Shown piece after piece: positions 10,615 to 18,607 of a DNA stretch of 64,000 bases. Under the pieces are notes generated by a model. It was not told the origin of the DNA. It saw only the letters and a list, made by a program, of their open reading frames with translations, and made no database searches. Every line of letters begins with the position of its first letter. The stretch's first letter is position 1. Source of the stretch: an uncultured virus (IMG/VR IMGVR_UViG_3300035698_029469) (lineage: Duplodnaviria; Heunggongvirae; Uroviricota; Caudoviricetes); the IMG/VR virus record IMGVR_UViG_3300035698_029469. One strand, 5' to 3'. The translations under genes were made by a program, and so were the position numbers.

Positions 10615-11097
10615 ATGAGTACAGCAGCTGGAATAACAATAGCGGGGTTTGGAAACTCCGCGATTCTCTTACAGTGGACCACATCTGAAATATCGGGGAA
10701 AGCAGTCATAACAAATTTAGATTATGATTTTAATTTCCCCAAGATAATTCAAGATGTTATTGGCGGGGACGGGAATGACTTAATCTTTAGCCAATTTCAT
10801 AGGTATTCTATGTCATTTACCGTACCGTTGGTTCAAGGTGTGGCAGCAGGAACAGGAGTAAATGGTAATATATTTAATGGCGCCGAATTTTTGGACGGCG
10901 GAATGAATGATATTCTATTTAACTTTACTCTATCAAAGCTTAACGCTAATAATACGTTTGTCTTTGAGGATATAGGATTTAATCAAGCAATGGTTATTCG
11001 TGCACGACCAAGTGTATCGGCAAACGATGTTCCAACTATGCAAGTTGAATGTATCGGTCGAAATGTCGTTGTTAATCCGAAACCGATAACCGGCTAA
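10615..11097 (+). CDS. Tail tube protein
   Basis: 160 aa, beta-rich, immediately after the sheath gene; GGTGA SD. Confidence 0.7.
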   Translation: MSTAAGITIAGFGNSAILLQWTTSEISGKAVITNLDYDFNFPKIIQDVIGGDGNDLIFSQFHRYSMSFTVPLVQGVAAGTGVNGNIFNGAEFLDGGMNDILFNFTLSKLNANNTFVFEDIGFNQAMVIRARPSVSANDVPTMQVECIGRNVVVNPKPITG

Positions 11098-11102
11098 ACG
11101 GA

Positions 11103-11693
11103 GTGATTTTATTGCAAAATAATGATGTAGATCCTATTCAAATGGCATTTGATGCCGCCAATCAAACTTTGGAAGAAGAAGAAGATAGATCGGCCGATAT
11201 TGCTATGATTAAGAAAATTGAAAATCTTATGAATGCACCGGATTCAAATTTAACTCCTCATGAAGAAGCACAGCTTAAAAGAGCATTAATGGCAGGATTA
11301 GAACATGCCGGTGTTTATCGGGAAAACGGATATTCGGCAACGCTTCGGCAAATCTCATCGACGGAAATTACTTTGGCATTTGGTTTGGCTTGGGAAATCG
11401 AAGCGCCAAATGAAATCGAAGCGTTTAATAGAATAAATGGGCCGGACGAAGAACCCAGGCCTTCGGATATTTTTTTGGTTAATAGGATTAATTTTAGAGC
11501 TTATATGATTATGCTTTATTACGCTATGAAAGATTTTGATCAAGAATTATCGAAACATAAAGTTTTTATACCCAAAGTTCAATCCTACATCGAAAGAAAT
11601 ATACATACGATAAAATTGATAAATTTTATGAAGAAAATGAACGGCTTTGAGGAGGATACGACGCAACGCGTCGATTCGTTTCGTTCGGACTGA
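11103..11693 (+). CDS. Tail assembly chaperone (gpG-like)
   Basis: Between tube and tape-measure positions; ends with a TTT CGT shift motif. Confidence 0.6.
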   Translation: MILLQNNDVDPIQMAFDAANQTLEEEEDRSADIAMIKKIENLMNAPDSNLTPHEEAQLKRALMAGLEHAGVYRENGYSATLRQISSTEITLAFGLAWEIEAPNEIEAFNRINGPDEEPRPSDIFLVNRINFRAYMIMLYYAMKDFDQELSKHKVFIPKVQSYIERNIHTIKLINFMKKMNGFEEDTTQRVDSFRSD

Positions 11694-11820
11694 TTCGGGA
11701 AGTTATATTGCCCCTAAATTAAAGAGGGGAGAGTTTGGATTAAGGAGATCTTATTTACAAGAGTTATTTGAAAATTCTTATGATAAATATGAGAATGAAA
11801 GAATCGAAAGGGGGCGGTAA
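11679..11820 (+). other. Predicted +1 ribosomal frameshift site (TCG TTT CGT) and 46-codon gpT-like extension
   Basis: The +1 frame is open from TTC 11680 to TAA 11820 and ends 2 nt before the next start. Confidence 0.7.
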
Positions 11821-11822
11821 TA

Positions 11823-12845
11823 GTGGCTGTAAGAGATATATCGGTTGCAATTACCGTCGATCCAAGAGAAGCACAACGTAATCTTTTAAGAATATATAAC
11901 ACGACAAGTTTTGTTCTCAATCGATTTCGGGATCTTAATCGAACTATGGAAAGTGTAAGTTCAACACTTCGTGGAATGGGCGGAAATTTCAGAATTGAAA
12001 TTGGTGAAATTAGTAATGAAAATATTAATAATATGATAAATCGGGTTCATACGATTTTAATGGGTTCGTCACTATTAGAAGAACTCCAAATGCGTATAGA
12101 ACAACATCCCGAAGTTACTCCTGTTGTAGTTGGCTGGACCGAACCAATTCCATCGCTATTCGTAAATGCTATTATCGATCAGGGTTCCGTTGATCGATTC
12201 CGCCAACAAATGCAGAACGCACTTAGCGGGCTTAATTTTAATCCGCAGAGAGCAGAATTTCAGGTTCCAAATGTCGGACCTTTTCAAGATCCAAACGATG
12301 CATTCTTTGGCGGAGTTCAAGAAGCACAAGCTCAGGTTCAACATCGTGAGCCTTTTTTTGGTATTGGTGGTAGATCTTTTGGAATTAGTAATATTACACC
12401 GTTTCAGAAAAGAGCCGGGCGTTTTAGACGTTCAACCGAATATTTTGCTTCTTTGCCAGGTGGAGAAGAAGCCGAAATAGGTCAAAGACAATATGAAGAT
12501 ATTGAACAAGCGTATCAAGAATTGTTTGAAGGATTAGAAGTTTCACAGGGATCATTACTGGGTAAATCACTTCATGGCGGATTTATACCAAAAGCAAGTG
12601 GTATTGGTAGAACCGGGCGTTTGGCAGAAGTTAGAAGGCAAGCGCAGCGTGTTTTAGAACAACGCGAACCTATAGAGCAGGCTGCCGAAGCCGCCGAAGT
12701 AGCAATAAGACAACCGGAAGCTCAGCGTGGCGGAATTACAGTTATAATTAATAATCAAGGAATATTGGATCGGGACGCCCTTTTAAATATATTGGAAGAT
12801 CTTGGGCCAATTGATTTGATTAATTTGGAGGGTGGCGCAGGGTGA
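11823..12845 (+). CDS. Putative short tape-measure protein
   Basis: Synteny; N-terminal DISVAITVD followed by helical segments; only 340 aa. Confidence 0.5.
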   Translation: MAVRDISVAITVDPREAQRNLLRIYNTTSFVLNRFRDLNRTMESVSSTLRGMGGNFRIEIGEISNENINNMINRVHTILMGSSLLEELQMRIEQHPEVTPVVVGWTEPIPSLFVNAIIDQGSVDRFRQQMQNALSGLNFNPQRAEFQVPNVGPFQDPNDAFFGGVQEAQAQVQHREPFFGIGGRSFGISNITPFQKRAGRFRRSTEYFASLPGGEEAEIGQRQYEDIEQAYQELFEGLEVSQGSLLGKSLHGGFIPKASGIGRTGRLAEVRRQAQRVLEQREPIEQAAEAAEVAIRQPEAQRGGITVIINNQGILDRDALLNILEDLGPIDLINLEGGAG

Positions 12846-13486
12846 GTAATGATATTTTACGAAATACAAGTTTTGATCCGCGAAATTATGTTAAGGGGTT
12901 TTTTAAAGGAAGCCTTATTTTCTACGGGCATATTCCGATATTTTGGCCGACACAAATTGTATATTCGGCAAGTGCTTCGGTTGATAATCATGATTACGGT
13001 AGAAAAACTTTAAATGTTAGAGCTGGTAGGCCGCAAATATTTTTAACATGTTGGCTTGCCGGGATTGATCAAGATTTTTGGATTCAGCAATTTCGTTCAA
13101 TGATGGATTATCAAACAGAAGAAGTAAGAAGTCAATTCGCATCGGGTGGAAGAATATTAAGACCGTCTTGGAGAAATGTTAATTCAAAAGGATCTTTATT
13201 TGTATGCCCGATGGTTATTTTACCCGATATGATAATTAAGCGATTTGATTTTACTCAAGATGCTACTTATCCCGAAGTAACAAAATTATCATTACATTTA
13301 GAACAATTAAAATATACCACGGCTTCTAAGTTTGCGCATATTTCGGCAATGGGACGGTCGGTTTTAAGAGTAGCCAATAATTATCTAGATTTGCCGGGAG
13401 CAGCAACAGCTTTATATGATTCCGGCGGAGATTTAAGCGTTCTCGGAAATACTAAATTAACAAAGACATTATCTAAGGTGTTTTAA
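12842..13486 (+). CDS. Putative baseplate tube-initiator protein
   Basis: Synteny after tape measure; MIIKRFDFTQD..LSLHLEQL motif typical of this position. Confidence 0.5.
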   Translation: MSNDILRNTSFDPRNYVKGFFKGSLIFYGHIPIFWPTQIVYSASASVDNHDYGRKTLNVRAGRPQIFLTCWLAGIDQDFWIQQFRSMMDYQTEEVRSQFASGGRILRPSWRNVNSKGSLFVCPMVILPDMIIKRFDFTQDATYPEVTKLSLHLEQLKYTTASKFAHISAMGRSVLRVANNYLDLPGAATALYDSGGDLSVLGNTKLTKTLSKVF

Positions 13487-13822
13487 ATGACAAATGAAAC
13501 GTTTGATATGACTATGGGTTCAAATCTGAAATATACTTCTGTTAGCTTTGACGGATTTGATTTAACTTATAAATTTAAATTGAATCAAGTTGCCGATAAT
13601 GTTATGTTAAATATTAAAGATGTAAATGATAATATAATTCGAAATTTCTATTGTCATAAAGGTGTAACTCATAATATAGATCCTTATACCGATTCAACAT
13701 ACGGTTATAAATATTATCATTTAAGCGTTTATATTGAAGATTCTAAATTGGAAACAAACCGATACGGAGTAAAATATATAGGTCCCGAAGCATTAAAGCT
13801 TAAAATAACGGTGATGGAATAA
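13487..13822 (+). CDS. Small baseplate protein
   Basis: Synteny; YKFKLN..MLNIKDVNDNII. Confidence 0.45.
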   Translation: MTNETFDMTMGSNLKYTSVSFDGFDLTYKFKLNQVADNVMLNIKDVNDNIIRNFYCHKGVTHNIDPYTDSTYGYKYYHLSVYIEDSKLETNRYGVKYIGPEALKLKITVME

Positions 13823-15154
13823 ATGAGCAGAGTAAAACAAATTATCGGTCCGACAACATATGAATTAAATGCCGGCGGTAGAATTATAAGCAAAACCGAT
13901 TGTCACCTTACAATTACGAAACTTATGAACCCGATGCCCGAACGGGCAAAGTTATTTATCCCCGGACTCATTAAAATAGACGGATTTGAAATAAATACAG
14001 AAGTAACATTAAGTATTTATAGCCCGCATCGTAAAAACTTTATAAGTATTCTTAAGGGTAAAATAGAAAGTGTTGAACGAACTAAACGATTTGGGAACCA
14101 AGGGATAATGTTTGAAATTATAGATAGCGATTATAGTAGTATTAAAATCGAAAGTGGAAAAGATTTAGCAAACATTCCCTTATCAACATTAATTGCAAAC
14201 CTTTATGGAAATTTGGGAACTGTTACAGGAGTTTATACAAACACAATTCCCTTAACATCAATAGCCGGCAAAGACTTAACAATTAAACAATGTTTTGATA
14301 TTATAGGGGACAGACAGAACTTAGCATGGCATATTGGCGGTGGGAAATTATTTTTTGTTAAAACGCTGAGTGAAATATCACTTAGCGGAAATAAATTTAG
14401 TTTCGAAGAAGAAGATATCAGAGAAATTCATTCACAAGGTAATCGGGGTATTCAGATAATCGATCAAATATTGCCGGAATTAAATATCGGGGATTTGATC
14501 ATTACAAAGCAGGGTGCTATGACCGTTATTTCGGTAGCTCATACAATAAATAACGAAACCGGAAAAACCGAAGCTATAGCATACCCGGCAACAATGGAAA
14601 CCGACGAAATATATTATGCTACAGGATACTACGGCAGCCGATTTTATATTAATTCAATGCAACAGATAGCCGATTATCCAATTGGAATGCCGCAGAACCA
14701 TCAAAGTGGGGACCTGAGACTTTCTCAAGGGTATGATCTTTCGGGTTTGTTAGACAGAGAAAATTGGGAAGGAACCAATTCCGCCGATTTTATGATCGAT
14801 AGAGCCGGAAATATAGTTATAAGAGGGAATTCCTTTAAAATTGCTTTTGGACTTGATGATTCTATTATTACAATGCGACCTACAGCGGGATCTACTCCCG
14901 GAACAATTGAAATTAACGGAGTGATTCTAAACTTTGGAACCGAAGCCGGAACCGTTTCAATAACAATCGGATCCGATACAGTTCCCGTTGTAACTATTAA
15001 GGGCCTTGTCGTGAATGTTGACGGAACTCTTGTAGCAATAGCCGATGGATTTATTCCGACCGTTAATTTTCTACATACTCACATTTCGGCGGCGCCCGGG
15101 TCCCCGACTGGACCGGCTATAACCGGAATAGCAAGTAAAACATATGTGGGGTAA
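13823..15154 (+). CDS. Baseplate hub fused to central spike (VgrG-like architecture)
   Basis: Hub motifs (ILKGKIESV, LAWHIGGGKLFF, PELNIGDLI..VISVAHTI) followed by beta-strand repeats and a metal-binding tip LHTHISAAPGSPTGPA. Confidence 0.7.
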   Translation: MSRVKQIIGPTTYELNAGGRIISKTDCHLTITKLMNPMPERAKLFIPGLIKIDGFEINTEVTLSIYSPHRKNFISILKGKIESVERTKRFGNQGIMFEIIDSDYSSIKIESGKDLANIPLSTLIANLYGNLGTVTGVYTNTIPLTSIAGKDLTIKQCFDIIGDRQNLAWHIGGGKLFFVKTLSEISLSGNKFSFEEEDIREIHSQGNRGIQIIDQILPELNIGDLIITKQGAMTVISVAHTINNETGKTEAIAYPATMETDEIYYATGYYGSRFYINSMQQIADYPIGMPQNHQSGDLRLSQGYDLSGLLDRENWEGTNSADFMIDRAGNIVIRGNSFKIAFGLDDSIITMRPTAGSTPGTIEINGVILNFGTEAGTVSITIGSDTVPVVTIKGLVVNVDGTLVAIADGFIPTVNFLHTHISAAPGSPTGPAITGIASKTYVG

Positions 15155-15159
15155 TAATT

Positions 15160-15594
15160 TTGGTTAAAACTATAAAATTAAGCAGTAGCGGCGGAATAGA
15201 ATGGGAATATGGACCGAACGGCCGGCGTATAAACACCGTTGGAGAACCAAACGAGCCGTTAAATCAAGAAGAGTGTGAACAATCTGTTCGGATTCGTTTA
15301 TTAACTCAAAAAGGCTCCAGAACTTTCCATAGTGATGAAGGCTTTGATGCGGCCGGTGTAATCGGCCAATATATTGAAAAAACCGGCAAAAATATGACCC
15401 CGGAAAATTTTATTAAATTTGGAATTATAGAAGCTTTAAATCAAGATCCAAGAGTCGAAGGTCCGGATTATCTCTACGTCGAGCAAGGTCTAAATAGAAC
15501 TTATAATGTTTCTGTGCGGGCTAAATTAATTTCGGGCGATCCTATCGAATATAACAATAGAGCGGGGGACACAAAATTTGAGTCGGGTGTCTGA
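15160..15594 (+). CDS. Baseplate wedge subunit, gp25/gpW-like
   Basis: EQSVRIRLLTQKGSRTFHSDEG and EALNQDPRV motifs. Confidence 0.8.
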   Translation: MVKTIKLSSSGGIEWEYGPNGRRINTVGEPNEPLNQEECEQSVRIRLLTQKGSRTFHSDEGFDAAGVIGQYIEKTGKNMTPENFIKFGIIEALNQDPRVEGPDYLYVEQGLNRTYNVSVRAKLISGDPIEYNNRAGDTKFESGV

Positions 15595-18328
15595 AACTGA
15601 AGATAGTGGTATAAAAAACGGGGAGTTTGTAATTAAGGGAGCCACGGATTCCCTTTACGATATGATTGAGCGGGATAAAGCCGAATTCGGCAATGATCTT
15701 GATATTTCATCCATGAACCCAAATATAACCATGTATGAGGCCTTCGCCATCGAATTGGATCAAGTTTGGCAAGCTATGGCGTCTATAGATCAAAATCAGC
15801 ATGTTTTAACGGCTACCGGGCAATATTTGGAGATTTTGGTCGAGAATTTCAATTTGGGCAGACAACCGGATATAAAAGCCACAAGTATTATTAAAATGAC
15901 TCGGGCGGCCGATACTGAAGTTATAATCCCCATAAACAGTCAAATTGATAATGGCGCCGATATAGTATTCGAAACTCAAGAGGCCGTCACGTTTCCGAAC
16001 TATTTTACAATGGAACGCGGGCAAACACTTACAGATGTTGTTTCAAGTCAATCGGCAGATTATGCAAACTTCCGCGCTATGCAAAGTATCGCTTATTGCA
16101 ATTCAGCTTCAGATGGAAGCGGAAATGAACATGTAAATGGAACTGACTTCGTATTGTATATTTCAGGCGATGATCAATTAATTTGGCAAAATGTGGTATC
16201 TACTTCGATTACCGAGCCTGTTGGAGCTGCAGGATACTTTGTCATTATTGACGTTATATTTAAGGTCGAAAATCATGCTACTGGAGCCGCAGATACTTAT
16301 GCTGCTAAAATGGCTGATCAAAATATACTTACTTATCTTGTAGATTCAGGACTTGGAGCTGACGATGATTTAGGTAATGGAATCGGTCCACCGGGACATT
16401 ATTATCAAGTTAGATGGGTTGCTGATAGCTACGACAGTAATTATAACGGTGTAGGCGCTTATGCTGCCGGAGGAGTCGATTATGATTCTACAACGGCCTC
16501 TACTCAAATAGATTGGGCTGGCGCAGCTTCTCAGCCTGCTGCCGGCGCAGATTATTGCATGCGTGTGCTTTATCAAAAATATGTTGTACGTGGCGGAACG
16601 GCAAATACGGCTGATACGATTATTGCAAGTATTGATGCCTCTACTATTATAGTAGATATCTCGCAGGAAATTGGTGTGAACGAAGGCGGGGTAATATATG
16701 ACGTTGGGAGTCAATATACTCCGGCCGCAGGAACCGAATTGAATGCAAATTGGCCCGCAGCGGCGGGTTCAACCGATTATAATGAAGGAATAAGTGGTAA
16801 CGCTACAAAGGAATGGGTAGAGTTTGTAGCCGGCGATAACACAATAAATTGGGGGCCTATAGGCCGGCCAATACAAGGGGCGATATATTATTTAGATTTT
16901 ACAGGCGTTAGCGCCGATATAGTGATAGAGGCAGTTGTTGCCGGAAGCTCAAGCAATTCTAATGTTGGTGAGCTTAATAGTTTAACTTCCCCGATAGCCG
17001 GAATAACTTCGGTTACAAATGAGTATGCGATTACGGACGGCGCTGATAAGGAAGAAGATTATCAACTTAGACAACGTATTTTGAGAACGCTATATGCAAG
17101 GAAGAACCATCAAGCCATTGCCGCTGAAATATCGAATTTACCTGGCGTTAGAGCTTGTAAAATTGAGGAAAATCACAACGATGAAGTTGGAACATTTATT
17201 ACAGTTGTAGATTTCAATTCAGTTAGCACAACAACTGGACTGCCTTCGGCAAAGATGTATAGCCTCGTGTTAAATAAGGTGCAAGATGAAAAAACTATTG
17301 CAAGCGCCGCGTGTGCTGTAATGCGAATTTTAAGAACAGCCGATAATTATGAAGATTTCCCAGATTCTTATCAAGACGTAGAACGAATATTATGGATTTC
17401 TGATTCACAAGATGGAAGTTCAGCGTATACAGCCGGAACAGACTATGAATTTTATGCCGATAAGGACGATAAAACAACTTGGATACTTACCGGCGCTTCT
17501 CCGACAGCAGCTAATTATTATTATATCAAAGCGGTAAAGGCGATTTATCCTGCGGAACCTCTCGTTATTTCTATTATTGCAAACGTATCATTGGCGACCG
17601 GTGAAGTTATAACTGATGTAGAAACAGAAGCTTTCAACAAAATTAACGCGTTTATCAAATCTAAGCAAATGGACGAAGATTTGTATTACTCTGATCTTGT
17701 CGGGATAATTAATACGTTATCGTCGGTTTTGTATGTCGATGATTTGAGAATTTTAGCCACAGTTCGTTTAACAAGAAGCGCAACGGCCAACGGATTCGAA
17801 TTGCTACCATCAGAACAAGTAGAGGATGTTAGTTGGGTAAATGACGAATTTGATCAAGGTGGTGATGGATACGATTATATTGATGATTATTTGACGAGAA
17901 TGGATGCTTTACAGATACAATATACAGGAGCGGCGGCTACCTGTCAATTAAAAATTACAGAGAATCGTCTAAGAACATATGAGGCGGGAACGCTCGATCT
18001 CGATTATGATTTGACGAGTTCAATTTACAATACTTTTTTGAAAATAGTAACACTTATACACGCGGATGCGGACTATACATGTACGATCAGTGCAGCCGCG
18101 TTAAATAATGTGGTAAGCAATAGACTTGTCCCTGCGGAATATAACGACGTAAAAGCCGCAGCGGTCGATGTCCCCTTTCGTGGAGTAATAGATTGGAGTC
18201 CTGCGGGCGGTGTTGAGCCGGATGCAGCGGGTTGGTATTACACTAACATCACAACTAAGGGTAATATCGATGTGGGGAAATGGGAAGTTTTGCGATTAAG
18301 CGCTATCGATTTGACAGAAATAAAATGA
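15578..18328 (+). CDS. Baseplate J/gp47-like protein with inserted decoration domains
   Basis: TATGQYLE..LGRQPDIKAT; AVVAGSSSN..GITSVTN..GADKEEDYQLRQRIL; SNLPGV. Confidence 0.85.
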   Translation: MSRVSETEDSGIKNGEFVIKGATDSLYDMIERDKAEFGNDLDISSMNPNITMYEAFAIELDQVWQAMASIDQNQHVLTATGQYLEILVENFNLGRQPDIKATSIIKMTRAADTEVIIPINSQIDNGADIVFETQEAVTFPNYFTMERGQTLTDVVSSQSADYANFRAMQSIAYCNSASDGSGNEHVNGTDFVLYISGDDQLIWQNVVSTSITEPVGAAGYFVIIDVIFKVENHATGAADTYAAKMADQNILTYLVDSGLGADDDLGNGIGPPGHYYQVRWVADSYDSNYNGVGAYAAGGVDYDSTTASTQIDWAGAASQPAAGADYCMRVLYQKYVVRGGTANTADTIIASIDASTIIVDISQEIGVNEGGVIYDVGSQYTPAAGTELNANWPAAAGSTDYNEGISGNATKEWVEFVAGDNTINWGPIGRPIQGAIYYLDFTGVSADIVIEAVVAGSSSNSNVGELNSLTSPIAGITSVTNEYAITDGADKEEDYQLRQRILRTLYARKNHQAIAAEISNLPGVRACKIEENHNDEVGTFITVVDFNSVSTTTGLPSAKMYSLVLNKVQDEKTIASAACAVMRILRTADNYEDFPDSYQDVERILWISDSQDGSSAYTAGTDYEFYADKDDKTTWILTGASPTAANYYYIKAVKAIYPAEPLVISIIANVSLATGEVITDVETEAFNKINAFIKSKQMDEDLYYSDLVGIINTLSSVLYVDDLRILATVRLTRSATANGFELLPSEQVEDVSWVNDEFDQGGDGYDYIDDYLTRMDALQIQYTGAAATCQLKITENRLRTYEAGTLDLDYDLTSSIYNTFLKIVTLIHADADYTCTISAAALNNVVSNRLVPAEYNDVKAAAVDVPFRGVIDWSPAGGVEPDAAGWYYTNITTKGNIDVGKWEVLRLSAIDLTEIK

Positions 18329-18337
18329 GGTGATAAA

Positions 18338-18607
18338 ATGGAAAAAAAGCAAAAAATGGCTATTTTAATTTCGGGGTGGTGCTGCAGTATTTGTATCTGG
18401 AGCGTTTACACTTTAGTAAATGCTGCCACTCATAATTGGATTATAACACATTATTATAATAGGTTTGGTGAAGGAATGTTTGAATTAATAATTACAATTG
18501 TTATGTTTATCATAAGTTTTGTATGTTTATATTATCAAATTAACACAGAAAATAAACCTAAACAAAATATAAGGAGGAAATGGCTTGAGCCTTACCAACA
18601 CTATTAA
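18338..18607 (+). CDS. Two-TM membrane protein inserted in the baseplate cluster
   Basis: GAGGTGA SD; two hydrophobic segments; AT-rich. Confidence 0.6.
   Translation: MEKKQKMAILISGWCCSICIWSVYTLVNAATHNWIITHYYNRFGEGMFELIITIVMFIISFVCLYYQINTENKPKQNIRRKWLEPYQHY

Noticed and set aside
997..17477. Antisense and nested ORFs in the structural operon (e.g. 997-1605, 2509-3018, 6581-6934, 16370-16714)
   Set aside because: They are shadows of long sense genes, with no SD or recognisable motifs.
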